A DNA stretch of 64,000 nucleotides from Blastocladiella emersonii ATCC 22665 (GCA_025594325.1 JANHCV010000006.1:1426001-1490000); one strand, 5' to 3'; positions 11,372-22,801 are shown, counted from the first letter of the stretch. Made by a program: numbers and translations. Notes: generated from the sequence alone by a model not told the origin.

Positions 11372-11911
11372 TAGCTAATCGTGTGCAAGGGTGCAGGGTT
11401 GGGGAGAGAAGGAACGAGGTCGGCGCGTTGGGGACAAGGCTCGGCACGATCGGCAAGGCGCGAGACAAACCCGAAACGCCACGGCGTGACCGAAACGTGT
11501 TTTCGCGACGCGTCTCCCGCCTCCCGCGTCACCCGCCTCCCGCGTCGCCCGCCTGCGCGTACGTAAAATGAGAGAAAGCGGGGGCGAGAACCGTGCCGCG
11601 CCAACGCGAACGCGGACGGAGACGTGCGGTCTGCGCGAGCAATCGCGCGCCGCCAATGGCCGTGCCCGATGTACCCCGCTCCGCGGTGGAGGTCCTGTGA
11701 CTGGTCGCGTCTCACGTCAGAACAAAAGTAATTTATGCTCGGCGAATCTCGACCTCAAACTCGCTCGCGAGCGGGACGCGTGTGCGTCTCCCACCGCAAG
11801 GCCCCCGGACCCAACGTCGTCGCCCTCCCCCCTTGCTCGCTCAAGACATGAGCACACTCCCCAGATTGAACATGGGCACGCTGCCGCTCCCGGTTCCTGC
11901 AATGTAATACC

Positions 11912-14900
11912 ATGTCCAGCCCGAGCGCGACTTCCAGCAGAACCGACTGCGCCACCGATGGTCGTGGCGGCAGCGACCCCGCGCCGGGGCTCCCCGCAAG
12001 CTCGAGCGCGTCCAGGTCCGCGTCCGGATTACCGCCGGCGACGCCCGCACCGACTTCAGGCATGGTGCCGAACTCGGCCCCGATGACGCGCCGCGACTTT
12101 GCCGCGCGCGGGACCCTGCCGCTGAACGCCGCTGCCTCGATCGCGGCCGCCGCGGCGCGCAGGCCGAGCTACCGTGGGCAGACGGCGCGGCCGCCGCCTC
12201 GAGCCCCGGGCCTCCCGGAAACCCAGTCGGCGTCGACCGACTCGATCGCGACCACCTCGCCCGTCACCGTCACCGTGACCATGCTGCGGCAGTCGAGCGA
12301 GCTGCACGACTCGGACCAGGACCAGTTCCGCACCGCGTACCCGACCGTTTCCAGCCGCACCTCGAACAGCACCGGATCGTCGTCGAGCGGCGCGCGGCCG
12401 ACCGTCTTCGACTCGCCGTCAAACCGGCGCCGCGGGATCGGCTCCGCCACCTCCTCGGCCAGCCGCCCTTCGCGCGCCCCGACGCTCAACCTCTCCACCA
12501 CCCGGTCGCCGCCGCAGGGCACTCTGCCGCCGCTCGCCGCCAGCGTCCTCAGCGGACTGATCCCGGCCTCGGCCAACTCGTCGTACCACGAGCTCGACGA
12601 GCACCCGCACCGCCAGTACTCGGCCGCGTCGCCCACCACGCGCAGCACTAGGGCGAGCAGCGCGCTCCAGTCGGACACGTGGCATTCGGCTCGGAGCGCG
12701 CTCAGCGTCAGCGGATCGGGGTCGGGCGGATCGAGCCGGTTCCGCAACATCCTCGCCAACACGTCGCAGGCGCTCAGCTCGTCGTTTCAAAAACTCGCCG
12801 AGCTCGCCGAGGGCGTCGCCCAGGGCCGCGACAAGGATGCGGATCCCGAGGCCAGGACGCCGCTCGTCGACGAGGACGGGTCCGCGCGGGTCTCGGGGTC
12901 CGATCAGTCGATCAAGGTCGACACGGATGCGGACGTCGAGCGGTACCAGCGCGAGTGCTCGCTCGACCACGGCGGCGGCGACAACCTGGGCGGCTCGCGT
13001 CCGGCACCCCCTGCCGCCTCGCCCGCCCCTTCCGCCGCCGGACCTCGTTCGCCCATCATGATGGACCTCGTCGATCCCGAACAGCAGCCAGACGGCGAGT
13101 CGAGCGGCCCGAGTTCGGCTCACTCTACGCCGCCGTCCGCTCGCCACGAGGACGACGAGTTCAACCCGCTCGCCCACACCGTGCTCGGGTCCGCGGCGCG
13201 CGTGTTCGTCAGCAAGTCGACGCGGCTCGTCTCGTTCCGCACGTTGCGGTTCTCGAGCAAGGCCATCGAGACCAAGTTCCACGAGCACTACGTGCGGACT
13301 ATGTCGGCGCCCATCATGGTCCTGACCGTGCGTATTTAGCCCTCAGTTCTTGATGCAGGACCAGGCTAACGCGACCTCGTACCCTCTTAGATTGGTCTGC
13401 TCCCGCTCATCTTCTCGCGCGCGGGCCTCTCCGTGTACACGTCCATCAAATACCAACAAGTTCTCGCCGACTGCCCGACCACGGTGCTCGGCGAGTGCGC
13501 CTTGTGCCAGACCGTCGTCTCGATCATGTACCTATGCATTGGCATCGTCACGTTCCTCCTCGTCTTCGTGTCGCTCACGCTCCGAGTCGAGGCGCCGGGC
13601 TCGCGCCGCGTCCTCTTCGTCATGATCGCGGTCCTCTGTTTCCTCGTCGAGCTGCTCGCCGTGACGTGCCCCGGCTACTGCCACGCGCGCGACGGCTCGC
13701 CGCTGTTCCGCAACCACAACGACTTCACCGAGGAGTGTCCCGGCTCGGCCGCCGCGGGCAGCATCGATGCGTTGCTGCACTTTTGGGCCACCGAGATCAG
13801 CGTGTCGTGCTACGCGCTCGTCGCCGCGTCCACGCTGCCGTTCCGCACCGCGCTCATCGCAGCGATCCTCGTCGTCGTTTCGGTCACCGTGTTCGGGTCG
13901 CACATCGACAGCAGCGCGGGGTCGTGGATCTGGCTCATCATCTTCAACCTCGCCGACGACGCCGTCAAGTCCCTCGTCGGCCTGTACCAGCGCGAGCTGC
14001 TCGTCCGTGCAACCTTCTACCACAACGTCCGCCAGGCCGCCGCCACCCACGCGCAGCTCCGCGCCGCCGCGACGCATGCCGTCCTGCCGTACACCAACAC
14101 GCACGGCAACGGCCACACCCACGCGCACAGCGGTGCGGGTCCAGCCGGTAGCGGCGGTCCGCGGTCGCCGCCAACCTCGCCGACCGGGATCAAGTCACCA
14201 ACCTCGATCGGCCAGATCTCGGTCACCAGCGCCTCGTCGGGTCCCGGCAAACCGAAGCGGCTCGACTCCGGCTCGCCGTCGGGTCTCGTATCGCCGCGCT
14301 CGTCCAAGCCTACGGTCATGGTCAACATGCCGCTGAACTACCACCAACAAGAGCCGTCGGCGTGGACCATGGCGCCCGAAATGGCCAGCACGGCCGTCGG
14401 GGCAATCCAGGTTCGTACTCTCCCCTCGCTCAGCTCTCATCGTACTCACACGCAGATTTGAGGTGTAGGCGGCCCGCCGTGTTTCGACCGCGACCGAAAC
14501 AAGCAGCAACACGGCCATCATGACGTTCGGCGCGCGCTCCGAGATGGCCGTGGGCGGCGCTCGGCGGCTGTCGTACGCGGCCGCCGCTGGGCCACGGCGC
14601 GAAAGCGTGATGAGCGCGGCGACCACCGTGACGGCCGGGTCGCTCCTGCCCGGGTTCGCCAAGATCCACATCTCGAGCCTGCCGAGCGAGTACGAGGCGC
14701 TCTCGACGGGCTCGGCGTTCCGCCCCGTCCCGCTCGGCGTTGGGAGCGGCGGGAGCAGCGGGAGCCCGCTTGGCAGCAAGCTCGGAGGGTCCGGCGGCGC
14801 CATCCACGTCTCGCAGCTCGACTTCAGCAACCTCCTCACGCTCCCGCGCGCCATGCACGCGTCGCTCATGTCGATCCGCCAGTCGGCCGCGCACAGCGTC

Positions 14901-16628
14901 GATCCGGACGGGGTCGGTCACGACCAGGACGGCGACTACGAGGACCGCAGCAAAACCAACCGCATGTCGTCGCCGGAGCTCATGGAGCCGGCTGCGCCGG
15001 TGGTTCCACTCGGTGCCGCCGCTGCGACGATGCGGCAGTCCGTGCCCACCCTCGTTTCGTCGCCCGCCGCGCCCGAGTCGGCGGCGCGCAGGACCGCCAA
15101 CCGCTCGCTGCCGACGACCCCGCTCGGCACCATGGGCGGGTCGCCGTGGTCGGCCCCGCTGTACCTCAACGCGCCGCAGGTCGTGGTCGTGGCCACGACG
15201 CTCGACCAAGCGCACGCCGGGCGTGACGCGCTCGACGACCAGTCGGACAGCGACGAGTTCCACGACGGCCGCGACCTCGACATCCCGCACGGCGCGCTGT
15301 CGCTGCAGTCGACGGTCGCGTCCAATAGGTCCACGGTCTCGTCCAACGGCTCCACGACGTCGAGCACGTCGTCCATGGACTCGAGCTCGACGGCAAGCGA
15401 CCCGAGCAACCACGGGGACAACAACAGCTCGGGCGCGCTCGGCACCAGCGTCCCCGCGCTCAAGCACCAGCTGCGCGCCGTGTCCGACTCGGCCGTCCTG
15501 CCGCACCAGCACCCGAGCCCGCACCGTCCGCTGCACGACGCGTGGGGGAGACACCCGCGGGAACGCGACCGACCGAGCCGCGCGTTCAGCAACGTGCGCG
15601 ACTCGGTCGTCATCACGTCGTCGATGCTGCCCGCGCTCGAGCCCATGGGCCTCGACGCCGCGCTGCACCGCACCGAGGAGAACTACACCAACAGCGTGTC
15701 GACGAGCTCGATCCTCGCGCCGCGCGGCAGCGTCGCGAGCGGGGCCGACGCCGCGGCGCGGCGGAGGCAGAGGCGCATGTCGCGCAGCACCACGGCGTCG
15801 GCGTCGAAGCGCAGCAGCGGCTCGTCGTGGTACCGCCGGCTGCGGCGCGTCGTGCACCGGCTGCGCGGCGAGTTCTTTTACAAGTTCCCCGACCGCGACG
15901 AGGAGCAGCGGTACCTCGCGTACTCGTACGTCAAGCTCAAAATGCGCATGCAAATCACGGCCGTGACGGGGTTCATGATGCAACTCCTGGTTGCCGTCAT
16001 GATGAAGCTGTCGCAGGCTGGGCGGCAGGCCGTCAACGACGCCGTGGACAATACGGATGACCCCGTCGGCAACGGCATGTTCGGCGACTGGCTGGCCAGG
16101 GTCAAGCCGTTTGTCCTCGAGTGGTGGTTCCCGTACGCGCTACACCTCGCCTTCTACACGATCCAGCTGGTCGTCGCGCGGTCCCGGTCCGCGCTGTTCG
16201 TCGGCGCGAGCCTCGAGCGCTACGCGGTCGCGCACGCCGTCATCTTCATCGCGTGCGTGGTCGCGCTCGACGCACAGATCCGCATGCTCACGCACAACTT
16301 TGTCCTGATCCAGTCGGCGTGCCACCAGGTTCTCGCCGCCGTGTTCGGAATCACGACGTTACGGCTGCGCCCGCGCGCTCACGGGGTTGTCCTCGTGGCC
16401 TTTGTCCTGGTCGCCCAGATCGAGTTTGCGCTGCTCCTCGTCAACGGCGCGGCCATCGAGACGCTGGCTAAGACCGTGATCGTCACGTCCACGACGCTCG
16501 TTAGTCTCGTCCTATCCGTCTACTTCGAGTCAGCGAACCGGCGGTACTTCCAGGTCAAGTCGCACGTTGAGCAGAGCGCGTCGCGGAGCCGCGCGAACCT
16601 GCCGCATCTTCCTCCCCCCCTCCGATGA
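11912..16628 (+). CDS. 12-TM protein with adenylyl-cyclase-type membrane anchors but no cyclase domain, paralog A (1531 aa)
   Basis: Phase-0 introns 13328-13390 and 14411-14468. Anchor 1: LRFSSKAIETKFHEHY ... YQRELLVRATF ... AVLPY. Anchor 2: YKFPDRDEEQRY ... YFESANRRYFQVK. Stop follows about 20 aa later; AATAAA at 16634. Confidence 0.8.
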
Positions 16629-17084
16629 ATACCAATAAATAACATCCGGATGTGTGAACGTGAATGCATGGCGCTGATCTACGCTTGAGATCTTGAAGAA
16701 TGCGAGAGCTGGAGCAAATCCCCCGCAGTCGGGTCGCTCCTCCGCTTGAACCCTCGCCGTCTCGACTGTGCGCTCTCCCGTCTACGTGAACGCGGGCGGG
16801 ATCGATCGGGTACGACCAGGTTCAGTGCACGGGTGCCTCACAGTCTTTGTTCTCGCGGCTTGCGAGAAACGCCGGCCGTGGTGGCGGAGCCGAGTCAGAG
16901 TGGCGCGAGACGCGAGACGCGTTGCGCCACCGCGTGCCCGGCCTGTGACCGGCGCGAGACATTTTCCTCCCTCCCAGGCGCCTAGTCAAGTTTCCGAGAA
17001 AAGGTTTCGTGTGATACAAACAAGATGGAATCCAAATGAACATGCAAGCATCATCATCACACCCATGCAACACCACCGAGGCGC

Positions 17085-19052
17085 TTACCGCGCGCCGAAC
17101 CCGCCCGCCGAGACCCCGCCCATCGCCACATCGCCGCCGCCGCCACCTCCGCCCTGCTCGGCATCGATCTGGGCCCACAGCCGCGTGAGGGCGTCGTCGC
17201 GGCGCGGCAGGTCGTGGCTGAGCACCGTGAAGGCCTCGAACGCGCTGATCGCGCGCTTGACGCGGTCGTACAGCGAGACGCGCGACGCGAGCAGCCCCTC
17301 GAGCGCGGCCTGCGTGCGCTCCAGCGGGTTGCCCGCCGGGATCGCCACGCCCGCCGTCTGCATCCCGCCCACACACGAGCGGACGAGGACCGACAGACGG
17401 TGCAGGTGCGGGCACTCCTCGACGCGGTGTTCCGTGTCGCGCTTGTTCTCGATCGCCGCGCAGAACCGGCACGCGCCTGGCCGCGCGGCGACGGACACGG
17501 CGCCGAGCCGGTCCACGAGGCCCGCGCATGTCACGGTCGGGTCGACGAGGAGCGCGGGTAGGAGGGCCGCGGACTCGCGCGGGATGCACTGCGCGACCGA
17601 CAGCGTGCGCGCAAACTCGGCCTTGAACAGTGTGCCGGACTGCAGCGCCTCGACGGGCCCAAGCCGCGACAGGTGCGACAGGAACGTGCGCAGCACCGCC
17701 GGCACGGGTTTCCCCGCGAGCTGCTCGGCGCTCGCCTCGCGCCACTCGCACGTCCACCGGTGCAGGTGCTCGGGCTGCGCGTCGCCGAACAGGACCGCGA
17801 GAAAGGCAGCGCCCGCCTGCGAGTCGGGCATGGCCCCCGAGAAGCCAACGGCCGCGAGCCGGTCGCGCACGTCCGCGTCCAGGTCCTCGGCGACGACTGA
17901 GAGCGCGACGGCGAGCGGCAGCGGGGCCGCGTACTCGCGCAGCATGTCGAGGAACTCGACCGGGTCGCGGGTCCAGTACCGGTCGCGCTCGCCCACGCCC
18001 GACACCTTGGTCGTGCTGTACCGCGGGCCGCCGCGCTGCAGCCGCGTCACGAGGTCGCGGTCGGCGCCGTCCAGGTCGAGCGTCACCGCGGGCCGCGCCG
18101 TGACGTCGAGCGGGTGCGCCGGGCCCGCCGCGGGCCCGGCGAGCGGGTACGACGGCTTCGATGACGCCATGTACGGGCCCGCGTTGGGCGCCATCGGGTA
18201 CAGCGCGCTCTGCGACGTCGAGGCCGCGGAGATGGTGGGCGACGGGAACGAGGAGCCGGTCGCCGAGGCGGGCGCGGTGGGTGCCGGTGACGCCGGGAGA
18301 CCGGCGCGCGAGGGGGCGGGGACGGGGATGGGGGCGGGCGTGGGGGCGGGAGCAGCAGCAGCGCCGGCCTGCACGTTGTTCTTGAGCGCGGCCTGCTGGG
18401 CCTCGTAGGCGGAGGCGACCCCCGGGTTGAGGGCGGCGAGGCGCTGCGCGTCTCGGCTGAAGGCGTCGAGCTGCTCCATGATCCAGCGGACGTGGCCAAA
18501 CTCGGCCTGGAGGTGCTGCATCTGCTGCATCTGCTGCATCTGCTGCTGGAACTGGGGCTGCATCTGGGCGCCGGGACTCTGCTGCTGCATGAAGCCGTTG
18601 GCCTGCATGCACTGATACTCGAGCATGGCGTAGTGCTCGGCGTAGTAGGACCGCAGCAGCTCGGCGGCCGACCGGATCTCCGCCACCTGCAGGCTCGACG
18701 TGATGTTGCCTGCGGGCAGGAACTCGGCGGCCATGCGGTCGAGCTCCAGCAGCGTGTGCTTGGGCTGCGGCGGCATCGGCATCCCGCCCATGTGCATCGC
18801 GGGCGGCGCCATGCCGGGCATGCCGGGCATCCCGCCCATGGGCATTCCCATCGCGGGGGCCATGCCCATGGGCATCCCGCCACCGCCCATGCCCATCGGC
18901 TGCAGCTGCATCTGGCCGGGCTGCTGCTGCTGGTAGTACTGCTGTTGCTGCTGCTGGTGGTTCTGCGGGTGCGCGGGGTAGCCCTGCTGCTGCTGCTGCG
19001 GTGGCGCGCCCGGGTGGCCGCCGTACTGGCCGCCGTAGTGCTGGTGGTTCAT
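17085..19052 (-). CDS. Intronless protein: Q/G/M/P-rich N-terminus, helical segment, Gag-capsid-like region and CX2CX10HX4C knuckle (655 aa), copy 1
   Basis: Long ORF with host-like codon use and a close paralog at 20973-22598. Motifs RDPVEFLDML and CRFCAAIENKRDTEHRVEEC. The Gag assignment is inference. Confidence 0.7.
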   Translation of the reverse strand: MNHQHYGGQYGGHPGAPPQQQQQGYPAHPQNHQQQQQQYYQQQQPGQMQLQPMGMGGGGMPMGMAPAMGMPMGGMPGMPGMAPPAMHMGGMPMPPQPKHTLLELDRMAAEFLPAGNITSSLQVAEIRSAAELLRSYYAEHYAMLEYQCMQANGFMQQQSPGAQMQPQFQQQMQQMQQMQHLQAEFGHVRWIMEQLDAFSRDAQRLAALNPGVASAYEAQQAALKNNVQAGAAAAPAPTPAPIPVPAPSRAGLPASPAPTAPASATGSSFPSPTISAASTSQSALYPMAPNAGPYMASSKPSYPLAGPAAGPAHPLDVTARPAVTLDLDGADRDLVTRLQRGGPRYSTTKVSGVGERDRYWTRDPVEFLDMLREYAAPLPLAVALSVVAEDLDADVRDRLAAVGFSGAMPDSQAGAAFLAVLFGDAQPEHLHRWTCEWREASAEQLAGKPVPAVLRTFLSHLSRLGPVEALQSGTLFKAEFARTLSVAQCIPRESAALLPALLVDPTVTCAGLVDRLGAVSVAARPGACRFCAAIENKRDTEHRVEECPHLHRLSVLVRSCVGGMQTAGVAIPAGNPLERTQAALEGLLASRVSLYDRVKRAISAFEAFTVLSHDLPRRDDALTRLWAQIDAEQGGGGGGGDVAMGGVSAGGFGAR

Positions 19053-20972
19053 GTTAGAGCGCGTTGCACCAAGTTGGGTCAGATTTGCGGGGTTGCTCGT
19101 TGCGTGGGGAGGGGCAGCATCGCGGGAGCCTGCCGCGGGGGTGAAACCTCATGCGACCGCGACCACGCCCGACCGATCGACCGGCCGACGTGATCCTGTG
19201 ATTCCCATTAGTTTCTTTATCACCGCGTTCGCGTCGACGCGTGTCGCGACTCTCTACCTCTCAACGCGCTCGCGGATAATCATTGATTGTACTTCTACAG
19301 CCGGGAGGCAGTTGGTCATGTGTTGCCCGGAGTTTCAAGCAGCGCGTCGCGCCGTTGCGACACCGACTCTCGCAACTACCCGTTCGCGGCCGCGCGTGGC
19401 TTCAGTTCAGAACAGCGCGTGCGAACGAATGAGCTTGCGAACATCTTACGCGTTTATTACATCGAAGACCGCGATCTGGACCGCGGTGCTGGGCAGCGTC
19501 AACAGGGTGACCGTGAGTGCGGCCTCACGCGTTGCGCCACTCGCCGTCCGATCCTTGACGCAAATGCCCGACCTCCTCCTCCTCCTCTTTTCACGGGTTT
19601 GAATAGAGATGAGAAGTGCGCGTGCCTATGCATGTTTGCAACACAGCTCAACTGAGTTGGAGCGTCGTGGCGGGGCACATCGCTGCCGCTCAAGCCGCCG
19701 CTGCTGCTTGTCGATTAGAGACCGCAGTGCTCATGTCGCGGATGAGCTTGAGCGCTATCTATGAGTGCAATGTGGCGCGATAAACCAAGATCGATCCACG
19801 TAGGAGCGTAACTCTTGCGCAGAGCGCGTTTACGTGTGAGGGAAGAATGCCGATCTTGCGAAGCAAGAACCGCCGTCTCGACATCAAGCTGATGCGCTGG
19901 GAACTGACAGGGATCCGCACTTACCAACAGTAGAGTTCGCGCATGACAGCGCCGTTGGTCGCTGGTCCGCAGTTGCCAGCATGACGGCCACTTGAACATA
20001 TAGCCGAGACGGAGACGGGGACCGAGCCCTCCTAGAACTTGAGAAACGTGTCCCGAACCTCGTTCTCGTTTTGCTGAATCCAGGGTCTTTCCAACACGAG
20101 CAATTTCTTCTCAAGTCGGTTCACAAGTTGACACAATGGGTACCTTCGCTGCGGATCATCATCATCATTACCGTGAGGGCATAAAACGCGAGATACTGCC
20201 TCTTGACTCAAACTTGCCGCGACCACCTTTCGATCCTCGCTCGCCGAAGCCGCCCAAGGTTGATGAACCGCGCGCGGCGTGACTGATCGCTGCCTCGATT
20301 CTGGGCCAGCAAACTTGATGGCCGCTTGCGTCGCCGACAAGCAACCTTGAGCTGCCACACCGTGCGCGCCTTGGGCTCGGTACCGACCAAAGTCTTGGCC
20401 AAGCAACAGCAATCGCGCGGATTTGTTGTCGAACCAACATCAGTTGCGTCGTTCGCGGCTCCTAAACCAAGACTGAGGCTCATGTGGTGCCGCAGGGTAT
20501 GATCAACGAGACGGACTGACCCACGGCGTCCGCCGTTCGCGGCGCTCAAGTCTGAGGCGACTCTTCCGGACCCACTCCTTGGGCTTCCGTAGTACTTCAA
20601 TAGCGCGACGAAGCACTATCTCGCGGGCTGGTCCAAAGCCAGCGCTAGTGTCCCATCAAATGCGTCTCAAGGATGGAACCGCTCGCTCGTCGTAGTAGAC
20701 GGAGCGCCAAAGCGGCAAACCACACGCCGAAGTAGTGCGCAGAGCTCTCAAGTTGAGCACGATGGCAGGGTACCGAGAATGTCGTGAGGCAACCTGGACG
20801 ACCAAACGAGAAGGGGAAACCGAAGACGCGAGCCGCCAACCGCGTCGCTTAATCACGTGTACAACGCATGACCGATGCGAGACATTTTCCCGGCGCGAGA
20901 CAAGTTGGATTTCCGAGCGCAAACAAGCTATATCAACCAAAAGATCACCCCAAGCAACACCAAAATCCCCCA

Positions 20973-22598
20973 TCAGCGCGACCACGCGCCGAACCCGCCA
21001 GCCGTCATCACCGCGGGAGTCGCCGTGATGCTGCTGCCGCCCTGCTCGTTGTCGACAAGGGCCCACAGCCGGCCGAGCGCCTCGTCGCGACAAGCGGTGT
21101 CGTGGTTGAGCACGGTGAACGCCTCGAACACGCGGATCGCGCGCTTGACGCCGTCGTAGAGCGAGATGCGGGAACCGAGGAGCTCCATGAGCGCGAGCTG
21201 GGTCCGCGCAAGCGGCGGCGTACCGGGCGGCGTGCGAGCGACGCCCGCAATCTGCAAACCAGCCGCACACCACTTGGCGAGTCCCGGTAGCCGCTGGTGC
21301 AGGTGCTGGCACTCCTCGATGCGGTGGTCCGCGTCGCGCGCGTTCCCAATCGCCGCGCAGAACCGGCACGCGCCCGGCCGCGCAGCGACCGATGCGGCGT
21401 CGAGCAGGTCGGGGAGGTTCGCGCACGTCACGGTCGAGTCGACGAGGAGCGCGGGAAGTAGCGTGGCCGACTTGCGCGGGATGCACTGCGCGACCGACAG
21501 GGTGCGCGCAAACTCGGCCTTGAACAGCGTACCCGACTGCAGCGCCTCGACGGGCCCGAGCCGCGACAGGTGCGACAGGAACGTGCGCAGGACCGCCGGC
21601 ACGGGTTTCCCCGCGAGCTGCTCGGCGCTCGCCTCGCGTCACTCGCACGTCCACCGGTGCAGGTGTTTGGGCTGCGCGTCGCCAAACAGGACCGCGAGGA
21701 ACGCGGCGCCCGCCTGCGAGTCGGGCATGGCCCCCGAGAAGCCAACGGCCGCGAGCCGGTCGCGCACGTCCGCGTCCAGGTCCTCGGCGACGACTGAGAG
21801 CGCGACGGCGAGCGGCAGCGGGGCCGCGTACTCGCGCAGCATGTCGAGGAACTCGACCGGGTCGCGGGTCCAGTACCGGTCGCGCTCGCCAACGCCCGAC
21901 ACCTTGGTCGTGCTGTACCGCGGGCCGCCGCGCTGCAGCCGGGCGACGTGGTCGCGATCGGCCGCGCTCAGCTCCATGACGGCGGGCGCGGCGAGCGGGT
22001 ACGACGGGACCGGCGCCGAGGAATTGTACCGGCCAGCGTTAGGCGCCGATAGCGGGGGTGCAGCGGCAGCGGACGGCATGTGCGCGATCGAGTGTGGGAT
22101 CGCACCCGCATGCGGCGCCGAGTGAGCGCCGTTGGTATAAGCAACGGCCTTGACCGAGGACTTCTCCGCTGCATACGCGGCGGCGATGTTGGCGTCAAGC
22201 TCGTGCAACTTCTGCCCTTCAGGGATGAACTTGTCAAGCATGTCCTTGACCATGCGGGCGATGTCCAGATCCCTCTGGATCAGTTGGAGCTCCTGCTCGA
22301 GATGGTGGGCCAAGGGACCCTGCTGCCGCTGCAGGTCCGCGACCATGCACTGGTACTCGAGAAAGGAGAGGTGCTCCGCGAACTCGGGCTGCAGCATCTC
22401 GGCGGCCAAGCGCATCTCGGCAACCTGCTTGCTCGAGTTGAAGTGGCCGGAGATCAGGAGCTCCTGAGCCATTTGAGCGAGATCGTTGAATGAGCGCCTA
22501 GGCTGCGGGGGCGGCAATGGGAGCTGCTGCTGTTGGGGCATGTGCGGCGGCGGCGGCGCGCCATGGCCGAAGTGGCCGCCGTGGTGTTGTTGATGCAT
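20973..22598 (-). pseudogene. Paralog of 17085-19052 interrupted by one in-frame TGA (W to stop) at 21639-21641
   Basis: ORFs 21639-22598 and 20973-21602 are in the same frame. Copy 1 reads TGC GAG TGG CGC where this copy reads TGC GAG TGA CGC. Confidence 0.8.
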
Positions 22599-22801
22599 GG
22601 TGGAGCGCGGTGCGCAAAGTTGGAGGGTCTAGAGATGCGTTGCTTCGTCGTGGACGGGTGGTGGTCGCGGCGACGCCGTGAGACGGCCTCTCGTGATGGC
22701 GGCGGCGCCTCTGGGCGTGAGTCACCGTCCGGCCGCCTAGCGCGTCGACGCGACCTCACAAGCCAGCGTCCTCACCCATGAAATGTCCATGTATTCCTTC
22801 G

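Noticed and set aside
11500-11560. Repeated CCCGCCTCCCGCGTC and TTTTCGCG as E2F/SBF-like sites in the bioF/anchor-A divergent promoter
   Set aside because: Short, GC-rich and not distinguishable from background without a statistical model.
14469-15850. Hidden cyclase catalytic domain in the linker of the 12-TM proteins
   Set aside because: No class III motifs in the coding frame or the listed alternative ORFs of any copy; the linker is low-complexity and poorly conserved between paralogs.
7348-16628. Simple segmental duplication of an H15 + anchor-gene block (versus 39-64 kb)
   Set aside because: Orientation, intervening genes (bioF versus kinase) and intron positions differ, and the intergenic DNA does not align by eye.
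21639-21641. Selenocysteine recoding of the in-frame TGA
   Set aside because: The paralog has Trp, not Cys, at this position and there is no redox motif; I could not identify a SECIS.
16700-22800. Intact LTR retrotransposon around the Gag-like genes
   Set aside because: No protease, RT, RNase H or integrase ORF, and no long terminal direct repeats or PBS seen.
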